Assembly: GCF_018977255.1 (NCBI RefSeq)
Contig: NW_024704743.1
Coordinates: 30,816,001 to 30,880,000, forward strand
Direction: 5' to 3'
From: Callorhinchus milii
Taxonomy: Eukaryota
DNA: 64,000 bases
In this document: in pieces, positions 1-12,660 of the stretch
How the letters are laid out: each line of letters opens with the position of its first letter
How positions within the stretch are numbered: position 1 is the stretch's first letter
Program-made: the position numbers and the translations under genes
Notes under the pieces: model-generated
What the model was told of the DNA's origin: nothing
Database searches by the model: none
Seen by the model: only the letters and a program-made list of their open reading frames with translations

Positions 1-230
1 TACTCTTTCTAATGCTACGACATCTTTCCTGTAATATGGTGACCTGAATGGTACACAGTTCTCCAAATGTGGTCAAACCACTGCTTAATATAAATGTAGC
101 ATTACTTCCCTAATTTTATACTCTGTTCCTCTGGACATCAAGCCAAGGACTCTATTTGCATTCTTCATGACCCGGTCCCGACCTTGTGGTGCTACTTTTA
201 GAGTCCAGTGAATCTGAATCCCGATTAGAT
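1..230 (-). mobile_element. Decayed CR1-type LINE ORF2 C-terminal fragment
   Basis: The minus strand reads EVMLHLY..VV*PHLENCVPFRSPYYRKDVVALERV with a stop and a frameshift. This matches the CR1 late-ORF2 motif LY..LVRPHLEYCVQFWSP. Confidence 0.75.
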
Positions 231-289
231 CCCTACCTCTTTGGATATGTTTGGGTTCTTTATTCTTCCCAAAGTAAATCGCTGTCTAG

Positions 290-580
290 AACAGTAATAC
301 CAGAGCACACGACCTGCGATTGAAGGGGGGCAAAGTCAAAACAAATCTGCAGAAGCACTATTTCAGTAAGCCAGTAGTAAATATATGAAAGCAGAAAGTG
401 TTGATTATTTCAAAAACAAATTAGATAGATTTATGTTAGGACCTACTATCTTGGGATTCAGTGTATAGTTTGGGGCATGAAATTTGCATGGAATTGTCAG
501 GATGGTGGAAGGCGAACTGGATGGACTTTGGTCTTTCATCTAGCAATTCGTATCTAAATGCATGTTGTTGTTGTTGTTAT
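290..580 (+). mobile_element. CR1-type LINE 3' end fragment
   Basis: Typical end of ORF2 (..aaattagatagattt..) followed by a 3' UTR (gatggtggaaggc..ggatggactttggt) that is shared with the copy at 52110-52330. Confidence 0.65.
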
Positions 581-3500
581 GTTCTTATGTGCTTCACATT
601 TCCAAATATTACATTTTATCCCCCACTTATTTTCTCATTCTGCAAGCTTATTTATGCCTCCCTTCACCTTTTTGCAATCATCCTCATTATTGACATGAAT
701 CCCCCACCTTAGTTTGCATCTGTGAATTTTACAGAACACCTGCTATGGCTAAGTGGAAATCATTGATATATGTTAACATGATATGCAGAACTGCAGATCC
801 TGAGAAACACCACGTCCTATTTCTCCACGGCTTCAAATACGTCAATAAATTCTGCTGCAAACAAAACACCTTATATTATTCCGATACCAGATTCCCCCAC
901 CCCCACCACCTCCATTCTAGGTCTTCTTGCTCGTGAAACTAACTGGTATGGCAACCAATCTGTGCTTCAAACATTATTCCACGCAGGCGGTGCAATTCAC
1001 TGGTCCGTTCTCCGTCAATGGGTTGCATTGATGTGAAATAAATATATCCGGTAATATGAGAGTAGACATGCACACAGAAATCTAGACGTCTGGGTAGATA
1101 ATGCAATCTGAAGAACCAGATCAAGTATTCAACCCCCTACCTCCAACTTGATATTTCAAGTTTAAACAGCGAGTCCTTCCACCCTCCACGTATACTGCAG
1201 TGAGGAGATTGCAAAAATATGTGGACAATATCATTGACAAATGTATGGAAGCACATCGATGGTGCATTCTGACTAAAGACTCCAGGCTTCTACCCCTCCC
1301 CCTCCCCCCACCCCCCATCCCACACTCACACACTCACACACACAGAGATTGTAATATTGGTTTATACTCGAAAAAAAAATGGAAAGTATATGTGTACAGA
1401 CTATTCACGTTCTTCAGTTTTGGGTTCCGGTTGGTACATTTGGAAATGTACATTTATTTCATGTTTCCCTTGTTTTCCTTATTCGTGTAGCCTTATTGAT
1501 GTTAAAAGACATAGAGTTCCGCCCAGTTAGCTGTTTGCCTCAACTTCAAGTATCGCTATGTCCTCGAGTCTATTGAAGTCGATGGGTGAGGATTGGAGTC
1601 AATTATTGCTTTGCAAGTTTTCATCCTTGGACCAAAACCAAAAAGATACGCGTTAAGAGGGGAAAGGCACGCATTGCTTGTAATATGATCATTTCGAAAC
1701 TTGACATTTATTTTCTCGTCTACGTTTTTGGCGCTTAAAAGATTTGAAACCGCACGGGTTTGAGTTCCACAGACCTTGGTCGAGATTTTTTTTAAAAAAA
1801 AACGAGAAAAACGCTCCGTTGGTTGACTTCAGTTCCGCACAAATAATAATACAAACCCGCTTCAAACGGTCTGATCCAGCTGGGTAGCTCCGTCTATATA
1901 GGTCAGCAAAGTAACACATGAATGCACAGGAGGGCTCGATGAATATTCATAAGATATCTTACCCCTAAACAGTTTGAAGATAAACAAGGTATTCCCACTA
2001 GCTATAGCTTTAAATACCTAACTTTTTAACGTGTGTGTGTGTGGGGGGGGGGGGGGGGGGGGGAGAGTATGTTATCATGCAGCACCCCTAAACCAGACAG
2101 TTTTCGAAAATCCTATTCCCATACAGCTTTTATTTTTCTCCCCACGTAAATGTTCCTCCAGTTCCAGCTAAAGCAAAGAGAACGATCCTATACAAGCTCC
2201 AGAATATAATATATATATACACACACACACCCAAACATGCAGTTTAGTACAGTAGCTTCCAAAGCACGCCTGAAGAATTTACACGTGTCGCATATATATA
2301 TATATATATATATATATAATGCACTATTGCCATTACTAATACTCTTCGTATCTGTGTAACGCTGACGGACATTTATTGCTGATTTGCTATTTACACTGTC
2401 TGGAAGCTGCGTTGCACATTAACGCTGTGGGTACCTCCTGCTCATGCTGGACACAAGGATGCATTCTGTAACTCCAACCACTCATTTACATGTCACCCCA
2501 GCAACTGCACCCCATAGGGTTTGGAGCCTAACGTGTTCGTGTTGTTAGTCATAGCAATAAAACCAAGGCCGTGCCTAGTATTTCTTCATTTCACGGAATC
2601 ACTTTTTGCTCCTACTTGGAATAGGAATGAGTGTATCAGGGTTTAGGAGCCCATCGACAGAACTAAAACATCTGTATTTTGTAATGTGACTGAACACAGA
2701 ACCTTGTAAAAATGGAAGTTAAATGCCTTTATCAATGGGGGGCGAGAGCCAGAGTCAGCAGAAAAATAACATCTGTGGTCTATAGTCTTGGTGCGTTTAC
2801 GATTTTTATGGGTCCTGGATTAAATAGTCACGATTTGCATGCTCCCATTAAACCCCTGTGTTAACCTTCACTCGCAGTTTCTGTCGGGACGCAGATTTCC
2901 ACATCAGTGTATCTTTATTTTTTTTTAAAAAAAAGATAGCAAGTGCCCCGATACGCCATTTAGTTTCATATTTTCCAGTTTAGTTCCGTGAATATATGCT
3001 GCCCATCACTCGTGTTGCAAACTACTGCGTGTACTATCTGAAACCGACCGGAGTAGTTGGTCCTCAGTTATGTTCAGTTGACATAAAGGTCGACTTAATC
3101 CAACCGTTCTGCTGCTGAAAACAACGCGAGGAATTGATTCAGTGTACAACAGTACAATCACAGACATCAAATGTGCTACTCCCACACAAGCGGCCCCACG
3201 TAGTAGGCTGATAGGCTGGATCCTATTAAACAGTTTTAAACATTAACCTCATCCCTTTCAGGCGAAAGAAAAATGAGAGAAAACCCAAACACCGAGACAG
3301 ACCCAAATGTGAGACGATTTAACGAATTTGGACACAGGCAAAGAAACGCAGTCTCATTCATCGATTCATCGATACTATGCAATTTGTTGCGCCCTCTCGA
3401 TATTCTCAGTGGGACATCTGAGGCAGGTTTTAGTCGCTTCGAGTGAAAGGACCGACGTTTTCCACCGAGGGCTCAGTCTCTGGCAGCAGCACACACCAAG

Positions 3501-5825
3501 GGGACTGACTCAACCTGGGCCCGTGCCCTTTGTCGGCGTTGAGCGATTTCTGTGCAGGACGCTTTACAACTTTAATGAGAATTTCGTGCCTCAGACGGGC
3601 GAGGGGGTGACCCGTAATAATCCGCTCCATTCAGATTTCATTGCCACTAAAAGAAGCATGAAGCACCCAGAGACACAAATCCTCCTGCGCACGGCAGCGT
3701 GGAAATCTGGCAGATCGCTCTCCTCCTTGCGGGACAAGGAAGCAAGAGGTTTGCCTGACAGACCGACCGACCGACCTGTAACAGCGCCGGGTACCAGAAT
3801 AACACTCTTATAACATCTTTATTTCCAATGTGCATCTCGTCTCCAACATTGCCCAAGAGAGAAGGAAACTTTCCACAGCTGTCACACACCCCCCACCCAG
3901 TGCTGTAAATATTTTCCCAATGTTACAGTTCCAATTTGGCCCAATTAAATAAATGCCTCTTATTTTAAATGGATCGAATCGCTGTCTCATTTCTGCTCCT
4001 AACCCTCAAGCACCAGGGTGGCCTTGACAGCGCCCTGCATTTGATGACCATTTCCCAAAGCCTAATGTTTAAATCAGCGGAGATATTGGGGATGCACAGT
4101 ATTCGAGTTAAGACCAATTTGGATCGGGATCGGTTACAGCTCTTCGAATCGTCGCTTTGGAGTGAGTGCAGATCGAGGCAATGCTCATCGCCCCCACGTT
4201 AGTCACAGGACGACTTGTCCTCAGGTGGACATATTAGAAGAGGCCATTCGAGACGTTCCCCTCTGTCCATGTGGAAGGCGATGGCAGTGCCTTTTACCAC
4301 CCGGGGATGTGCGTCCTGAGGGTTTTCATGGCTAAATGATCTGAGAGCCTGACGCCTGGTGACCTCTTGTTTTGGATCCACGAGGCAATCAGTGGGACAC
4401 ACACAGTCTCGAAACACGGGAAGGGGGGAAAAAAAACACGACCTTTTATAAACCGGCTGGGTTTCGAGCAAACGTGCAGAATTTTTTTTTGAAAAAAAAG
4501 GAGAATTATAAATACGTCTTCCAACTTGACCACGGCGGGGCTTGGAGATGGGATGCCACAACTTTCCAGAGAAGCCATCGGGCCAGGCGTTTGGTCGGGA
4601 TGTGCTGGACTGTGTTTATTTGCACCACAGCTGGAGTTATGTATAGGTGCGAGTCTCGTTATAACAGTCCACCGTCTCGAAAAAAAAGTCGAACCTAGTT
4701 AAATGTTACAAACCAATACTTCCTTTGAGTAGCGTCGCGCTCTGCAATTGAGCTTTATACGATTATCATTATTATTATTATTATTAATGTGCAGCGTGTC
4801 CTTAGGTATTTAAAAAAAACTCAGGAAAGCGACATTAAAAAACATTGGCACCATATCTGATGCACTGTATCGTCAATTGGAAAAGAGGCCCTCCGGAGCC
4901 ATCCGACTGGTGAGGAGATTAAAAACGCTTCTTTCCAAAAGTGCGGATGAGTTGCGTTTGTGCCCCTCTGAGGATGTTCAGCTTTCTAAACCTGAATGGA
5001 AACGCCAAGCTCTGGGAATGAGACAAAACACCAGCTCGTCAGAGGGTGTCATTCATTCGGACCCATAAAGTGCATAATGCAAGCGATTCCTGTGATCTGT
5101 TAACTGCCTTGACCTGCCCCACCGAGCATCGCCCTAAATCCACAGACAAGGTCTGTGGCTGAGAGAGACTAATCTTTTGGAAGGAATAGGGGATATATTG
5201 GGGTCTGGTCATTGTATGCAGAAAGACTGGTGAAGAAAGAAGCGCCGCTCTCGTAAAATGCCAGTATTTGCCACAAATGCACAAATAAGCGATTCCTTGT
5301 GTTTGTGTGTGTGTGTAAAAAAAATTCACAGACCCAGAGAAAGATCGAGGTGCATTGATTGGCCAGTTCCAATGAAAAATGCAGAAAATATTTCACGCTC
5401 GCAGAAAGAGAAAATGTTTTAAAAGGAACATTTAAAAAGTGTTGTGTACACGGCACGCTTTTAAAATTACTTTCATCCGACCTTATCTGGGCTCCCAATT
5501 CCTCCGTTGAATCGTTTCACTGTATCAATAATCGTGTGTGTGTGTGTGTATGGGTGTGTGTGTTTGAAGGCACACAGTGTTGTAAAACTTCAAAAGACAA
5601 TGATTAATGCAATGATTTGTGAAAGAACTACAACACAATCTTACGCCAGGTAATTTTCTGTCTTTATTACCTTGTGTCGTAATGGTGCCTTTGAAGTCAG
5701 GGACTTTTATTCATGAACACTCGAATCAATATCCCAGTACTTGCACTGTATGTATGGAGGGGACGTGGTGTATTGATTCATGAGCCCATGCTTTTATTTA
5801 ACACTACGAGTGCATACAAAACTGC

Positions 5826-5965
5826 CATTTCTGCTAATGCTTACCATAAAGCAAGGCTGTCATTTCTGTTAAACCTAACCCTAAACCAGTCTGCAGCTTC
5901 TGCTAACCCTAACCCTGTAACAAGACTCCACTTTCTGCTCACTCTGTCCATTAAACAAGGTTGTA
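5826..5965. repeat. Degenerate ~35-bp minisatellite, 4 units, with TAACCC-like cores
   Basis: The ttctg anchor recurs at 5829, 5864, 5898 and 5933. Confidence 0.6.
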
Positions 5966-8725
5966 AGCATGTCAAGGCTCACTGTTTTTATTGCGCTTGC
6001 GATCTCACAAAAAAAATCTCAAATGTTGCCAGTGTATGTCTAATAAATTGTCCGTATCACATGGTTTATTGGTGCATTGTTTTATGTTGCCTTGCGTAAT
6101 AATTTTGTATTTTTCGCTGGACAAATCCGAAAAAGTGAACCAGAATGGTGATTATTGCATCTCACGTTGTACAGTCGTGAGAAACGGGTGGTATCTGGGT
6201 TCAGATCACACTATTGCTGCACCTTGATAATCTGGGGATTCACGTTTTTTTCTTTGCTAACCCTCTCCACACAACAGGGACTGTCATCTCCACTAACCCC
6301 AGAGTGCAAAATAAGGTTAGCATCGCTTCTATTTTTACCTCTTCAACACAAGTCTACAGTTTCTACCAAACTTCTGCAAGGAAAGGCTTTCACAACCCTT
6401 CTGTGATAAATATACATTTTTTGCAATTTTTTTCTTGGATTAGATTTCTGCATGGTAACTGATTTAGAGGCCTTTTGTAACGTAACATCTTTGCAACACA
6501 ATCCTTTATAATTGCAGTCTCTTTGTCCATACAATCCTTGACAATACACAGCCAAGGACGAAAGCACCAGCAGCGAAAAACAGTCGCCATGTTTATATGA
6601 AGCTGTGTGCAAGAATAATTTACTGGCTTTCCTTTTACCATTTTGTTCCTTGCAAGATAATTTCAAGCAATTTTTTGGTTAAAAAAACCCGGTACATTTT
6701 GGCTAACGTGAGATATAATTTCCCTTTGAACCCTTCTAAGGGTCTCTCACCTCCTTTGAACCCTTTTAAGTTTCGCTGAAAGGCGACAGTCTGCTTAACC
6801 TCAACACAAGACAAATTCAACACAAGATCTTTATGGTTCATCCATATAACACATAACATCTCCCTAAAACGCTTGCAATGTTGATGATTACATTTGTGAG
6901 ACTGAAAGCTCTTCTTGGCAGAACAGCTCTCGTTCTATAATCGTATCTGTACCTTTTTCTAGCTGCAAAGTATATCAAAATGCACCTTAACGTCTCCGTT
7001 ACAATGTCTTATTTTTTTCCACTCCTGGATAACAGTTCATGTTTACACTTCACAATGTTGCACTGGCTAGCTTGGAATTGCACCTTTTTTTAAAAAAAAA
7101 TCATTGGTTTCCAATGCATGAGATTCGTAAATGTTTTCTCTTATTTTTTTAACAAAATGGACACTGCAGCCTTGAGTGTTGCTGTTCCCAAAGCAGGAAT
7201 AATGTGTCTCGTCTCCTGCCTGGATGCTGCCCCTCCCCCACACAGCTTTAATTCCTGAAACCTCCCGCTGCTCTGCTGTTAAAGAATGAATCCCCCTCAA
7301 AGATTTCACCATCAATGTAAAGACTCTCTCTCTTTCTCTTGCATCCCCCCCCTCCCACCCCTTCCCCTTTAGCACCTAATCGGCTGGAGGTGTGCCCACT
7401 CTTTCGTAGTGCATTGTCGGGGGCTTTTTGTCTGTTGTTTGGAGGGAAAGGGGTTTAAAAACAACCCTCCTCCAAAAACTCTTTAAGAGAGAAAAAAAAA
7501 GGTTATTCAATAACTTCCCAGACCGTTTTTTTTTAAAAAAAAACTCCGCAGACGCCGTTTACGATGCATCGGTTTTACTTTAAACAGATTTGCGAAATTT
7601 TTTTTTTGTTATTACCGTTTAGAAGTGCAACAACAACGACGCGGTCACAGACGGCGCAATTGTTTTGTTATAACTTTCTCATCCCGCAATCGCAAGTCCT
7701 TTGCAGCAAAACCGACGGGTTTCTTTCCTCAAACCGAACTGTACAGTGAGGCTTTGTAACTGGCTCAAACAGCCCGTTGCCAGCGCATCTTGCCCTGCCT
7801 CCCAGATCCCTTGGAAGTTGCAGCCTCCCATCCCATCCCCATCCCATCCCCATCCCCCACATACACACAGCCGGAGAGTCTGATCGCGGACTTCGCTGAG
7901 GAAATCCCAACAGCACTCACTCCGGTGTGAGCATTTCAATCACAGCACTTGAAAGCCTTCGGGTTGAAGACTTAACAACCCCCCAAATCGCTTCTGGCGA
8001 AGCGTGTATTGGATCCTATCCCACATCACCTCCGATTTGGGGAGAGCGGCGTTTGGAGTCGGAAAAGGAAGATGGATAGTGTGTGAGTGAGTCACGAAAG
8101 GCACTTTTATTTTTAAACGCTGTTCACACTTGGTTTTTTTTGGGGGGTGGGGGGAGGATCGTTTAAAGCAGCTCTCGTCTGTTAGGAGCTTTGCATCTTA
8201 TCCGATGCATCAGTTCTGGATTAAGACTCTCTCGATCCTGGTTCTGGCAGCTACTCTGTATTAAGCGGGACTTGCTCTCTATGCCACAGGGAAAAAAATA
8301 TTAAAAGACACAACCAGTAAACACAACATAAAAAGAGGAGGTGCGTGGCTCGTTTATTTAAGAGAGAAAAAAAAACTCTGAAATTGACAATAAGTAACTT
8401 GGAAACAACATTTCTCCCCCTCCCCCCCCCCCCCCAAGGTTTTTTAAGTCCAGTTCCCTCTTCCCCCCCCCCCCCCCCCCACACACACACACAAACACAA
8501 GATAGTGCTTCCGCGTTTGGTTCTTTGAACCATTTTTTTGCTAACACGGCAATTTTAAGTGTGTGGATTGCCTGTTGCAGATTTTCAGTAACGTCTGGTG
8601 CGTCCACACGTTATTGTACGTACACAATTTCAACAGATTGGCTCTCCCCACCACCCCCCCTCCTCCCCCCCTCCCCTCCTACAGTAACACAGGGACTCAA
8701 TAGTTAGAGTTCAGTTCCAGCTGAT

Positions 8726-8731
8726 TTTATT
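8726..8731 (-). terminator. SOX4 polyadenylation signal AATAAA
   Basis: tttatt on the plus strand at 8726-8731, at the end of the conserved UTR block. Confidence 0.8.
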
Positions 8732-10889
8732 TCCTTCTTTTCTCAAAAAAAAACTATTTACAGGATTATATCAACAATCTGACAGGCAGTGACTTGACAC
8801 GATTAGCTGGCATGATTTTTTTTTAAAAAAAGAAAGCGTGTTGAGGCATGATCCAAATCATCTGACAAACTTCACACAGCATATTGCACAGGATGGATGA
8901 AAATAAAAAATAAAGTTAATTTTTTTTAAAAAAAAACTTAAAAAAAAGCAAAAAAAAATCTCTAAACGATCGGACAGCTACTGAGAAAAAAAACATGTTC
9001 CCCCCCCCCCCCCCCCCACGAACACTGCCCTAGTGCCTGTCATGGTCATTCTCGACACATACATTAACACACAATCTTGTTGCTCATATAATACAGACTT
9101 AAATGTACAAAGCCGGTCGCACTTTTTTTTTATTTTAAAAAAAACAACAGCTAAACCTGATTTCGGAAATACATATGCTAGCTTCATGCCAAAGACACTA
9201 AAACAATATATTTAGCAGACAAGCTATAAGAATTAATAATAGTTATTACAGAATGAGAACCGCAGCATAAGTGTCGCGAACTCAAATCAGTATTCGTTTC
9301 GTTATCCAGTGGTTGAGCGCTGTTTAAGAGCGCCACATAAATGGTCTGAAGATGCAGCATCCCTTTTTTTTTGTGTGTGTGTGTGTTGCTGCCCGAATCC
9401 AGAACGATTAAAAACTACAAAATCCCTGTTTGCTTACTCCCTGACATATTATTTTAGTATTCGTAGGCGGAAGATGACTGCGTCCTAATAGCGATAACAA
9501 AGTAAGCTCCAACAGTCGTTTGTTTTCTGGGTGAAGAAGATAAAAGTGTATAAATCTCGCGTGGGTCCTTCTTTTCTTTTAGGAAAAAAAAGTTTTTTTT
9601 AAAAAATACAATCAAGTAGACATTTCGTAAGAGGCTACAGCTGACGAGTAGGGGCGTTGGGAGGGTTTGGGTAGCAATTGAAACGCAACCCCTATTGCAA
9701 AGTAATGATACTGTAACCTTAAATTACAAAGCCTGCAGATTGAAGTGTGTAAACATGTGGAATAAAAATGAGGCAGCTTTGTGACTTTCGGCCTCCTTGT
9801 TCATCGTGAGGAAATCCAAACAGCGCTATTATTACACCGATTAACACCCCCTTTTTATATTTTTTTTTACAAAAATACACTGAGAAAATAATCAAACGTC
9901 TCGTCGTTCTCTTCTGGTCTTTTGTTTTCGTTTTTTGTTTGTGTGTGTTTTTTTTTTAAAAAGTGTCAAAGTCTACATTTAAATATAAAATTAAAAGTTT
10001 AAAACTCTAGCCCTTCAGCGAAGGAGACAGACGGTGCAGGTAATTAATTCGGCCTACAAAACAAAAACACAAGTCGAAAAGGTTTGGCCAGTATAAATAC
10101 ATCCATATAAAATGGTATCTGATTACATTTACAAGGAGAAGGGGAGTGGGGGGGGAGAGGGGGGGGAAGGGGGGGGGAAGGAAAGAGAGAGAGAGAGAAA
10201 AAATAACAACACGAGGATGAAACATCGGTGACAAAAAGTTCTTTCTCGTTCGTAGTAAATCCGTGGAACTCCTCTGTGCGGGGATTTTGGTCCAGAAAAT
10301 ACAGTCCCAGCACAGCGCAGCACAGCACAGATTGGAGCGGCGTGTGAAGGAAGAGATTAAAAAGAGGGGAAAAAAGAGCTGGTGACTTGGTAGGAACCAT
10401 CAAGAGAGCGCCATCTATCTGGTTTTTTTATTCGCCCCTAAACACTAGTAAAACCGTTCAAAAGTGTCTGTACAGAATCTAATAAGATACAGTAAGTAAC
10501 ATGCTATGCACCCCAGCGACATACAGTCACCCAACGCCACCCCCTCCCCTCCCCTCTCGCATCAGGGACACACTTTCTTCTCGATCGCTCGACTTCTCGT
10601 GTCTGTGTCGGTCTGTGTGTACCAATATATATAGACTATATATATATATATATAAGTTTCACTCGGCGAGAACATCGCTGCATCCCACCCCCCCACCCCA
10701 CCCCCTTCAAATCACCGCCTGTCCTGATGTGTGAGCGCGTCCCTTCTTCTCTCCTCTCCTCTTCTCTTCTCTTCTGCGTAACGCGCAGAAAAAAAATCCC
10801 ATTTTTTTTTTTGCTTTTCAAGTCGAGAGACTCCGGGGACCGACCCCCCCACCGGGCAATCGTTTTTTATTTTTAGTTCGCTCCTTGGA

Positions 10890-11405
10890 AACACGTCTGT
10901 CTGTCTGTCTGTGTGCGGGCGGTGGTGGCGGTGGTGGTCGTCGTCGTCGTCGTGGTTGCAAGTCGTCGTCGTCGTTTTCCGCCGAGAACCCTTTGCGACG
11001 GTAAAACGCAATTTCTTTTACCGAAAAAAAAACACAACACACACACACACACACACACAGACAGACAGACAGACAGACAAGCGATCGGGATTCCCCGCAA
11101 TTTTTTTCTTTTTGGTGGGGAGGGGGTTAAAAAAATGTCACGACCCCTTCCTTCCTTCCTTCCTTCCTTCTCCTGTCGTGGTGGTGGTCGTCGGGTGTGG
11201 GGTGTCGGGTTGTGTCCTCTCTCTCTCTCTCTCTCACTCACTCTCTGTGTCCCGACACAATTGTTTTTTTTGGGGGAGGAGGAGGGGGGACAAAAAAAAA
11301 ACCCATCCACAGTCGCGAAGTCTTCTCCGCCTTTGCCCCACACCACCACCACCACACACCCACACACACCCCCCACCCACCCACCCACCACCTTTCTTTT
11401 TTCTT
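10890..11405. repeat. Microsatellite-rich proximal 3' UTR: (GTC)n, (CA)n, (CAGA)n, (CCTT)n, (CT)n, (CCA)n
   Basis: Simple repeats visible directly in the sequence. Confidence 0.85.
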
Positions 11406-11415
11406 TCTCCATCTC

Positions 11416-12660
11416 TCAGTAGGTGAAGACCAGGTTCGAGATGCTGGACTCCAGCCAGTCCCCTGAAATCATCTCGCTCACCTCCGGCGTGCAGTAGTCG
11501 GGGAACTCGAAGTGAGACGCCGACTCCTGCTCGAAATTAAACTCCAGGTCCCTGTCCAGCGCCGAGCTCAGGCTGCCCAGGGTCAGGCTCTCGCAGGTCG
11601 GGCTGGAGCTCAGGTCCATCAGGTCGTCCTCGAACTCCTCGTCGGACGACGACGACGACGACGACGAGGACCCGGACCCGGACCCCGACCCGGACGAGCC
11701 CAGAGACGACGAGGAGCGGGAGTGCGACCGGGACGGGGTCGGGGAGGTCGAGCGCGGGTGGTGGTGGTGGTGGTGGTGGTGGTGGCCGCCGGGGGGGGGC
11801 TTCCGCTGGTGGCCCGAGGGCGAGTCCGGGACCCCCGCCCCCGCCCCCGCCCCTCCCGGCGAGTCTTCGTAGAAGCTGACCGGGTCGCTGGGCTCGGCCG
11901 ACGCGCTGAGGGTCGGGCTGGCCGGCACGGCGGCCGGGGAGGTCGCGCCCTGGACCCCGAACGACCGCCGGTCCTTCGGCTTCCTGTCCGCCAGGTGCCG
12001 GGCGGTGGGGCTGGTCCGCGCCTTGTACGCCGGGTGCGGGTTGGCCGCGTTGGCGTTGGAAGCAGCCGCGACGCCCGACGGCGGATGCTGGTGAGGAACC
12101 GGCGACTTGGCGTTGGTGCCCGGGATGGTCTTGTGCGTTTTGCCGGGTTTGCCGCCGCCGCTGTTGCTGCCGCCGTTGCCGCCGCCGCCGCTCTTCTTCG
12201 CCGAGGGTTTCGTGTTGACCTTTTCGCTCTTCTCCCCGGGCTTGTTGCTGCCGGCACTTTTCGCCTTCTTTCTCGGTCTGTACTTGTAGTCTGGGTAGTC
12301 CGCCATGTGCTTCAGCCGCAGTCGTTCGGCTTCTCGGATGAAGGGGATCTTATCGCAGTCTTTCAGCAACTTCCAGCGCTTCCCCAGGCGCTTGGAGATC
12401 TCGGCGTTGTGCATGTCCGGCGACTGTTCCATGATCTTTCTCCTCTCTATCTGCGACCACACCATGAAGGCGTTCATGGGTCTCTTGATGTGCCCACTGG
12501 GAGTCTTGCACCAGCTCGGCTCGTCTGCTTTCTCCCCGTCCGATGCCATGGATCCCGGGGTGGGCGAAGAAGCTATGCCCAGGTCGGAAGCACCGGAGTC
12601 GGTGGACTCTCCGGCCAGCACCGCTTCCGTGTTCTCTGCGTTGTTCGGTTGCTGCACCAT
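11416..12660 (-). CDS. SOX4: Transcription factor SOX-4 (SoxC group), single exon, 414 aa
   Basis: ATG at 12660 and TGA at 11416-11418. The N-terminus [19 protein letters not shown] is SOX4-specific. The HMG box [51 protein letters not shown] lies at ~12266-12495, followed by a Ser-rich region and the C-terminus [33 protein letters not shown]. Confidence 0.97.
   Translation of the reverse strand: MVQQPNNAENTEAVLAGESTDSGASDLGIASSPTPGSMASDGEKADEPSWCKTPSGHIKRPMNAFMVWSQIERRKIMEQSPDMHNAEISKRLGKRWKLLKDCDKIPFIREAERLRLKHMADYPDYKYRPRKKAKSAGSNKPGEKSEKVNTKPSAKKSGGGGNGGSNSGGGKPGKTHKTIPGTNAKSPVPHQHPPSGVAAASNANAANPHPAYKARTSPTARHLADRKPKDRRSFGVQGATSPAAVPASPTLSASAEPSDPVSFYEDSPGGAGAGAGVPDSPSGHQRKPPPGGHHHHHHHHHPRSTSPTPSRSHSRSSSSLGSSGSGSGSGSSSSSSSSSDEEFEDDLMDLSSSPTCESLTLGSLSSALDRDLEFNFEQESASHFEFPDYCTPEVSEMISGDWLESSISNLVFTY

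Larger units (their letters stand above)
8705..11415 (-). other. SOX4: SOX4 3' UTR (~2.7 kb)
   Basis: It follows the TGA stop. The distal end on the minus strand (AAAATCATGCCAGCTAATCGTGTCAAG..CCTGTCAGATTGTTGATAT..GAAGGAAATAAAATCAGCTGGAACTGAAC) matches my recollection of the human SOX4 mRNA end; I did not align it computationally. Confidence 0.8.

Noticed and set aside
3328..4698. Several 100-160 aa ORFs downstream of SOX4
   Set aside because: They show no recognisable homology and several lack an ATG start, which is consistent with chance ORFs.
5870..5920. Interstitial telomeric array
   Set aside because: There are at most two consecutive TAACCC units, embedded in a longer-period repeat.
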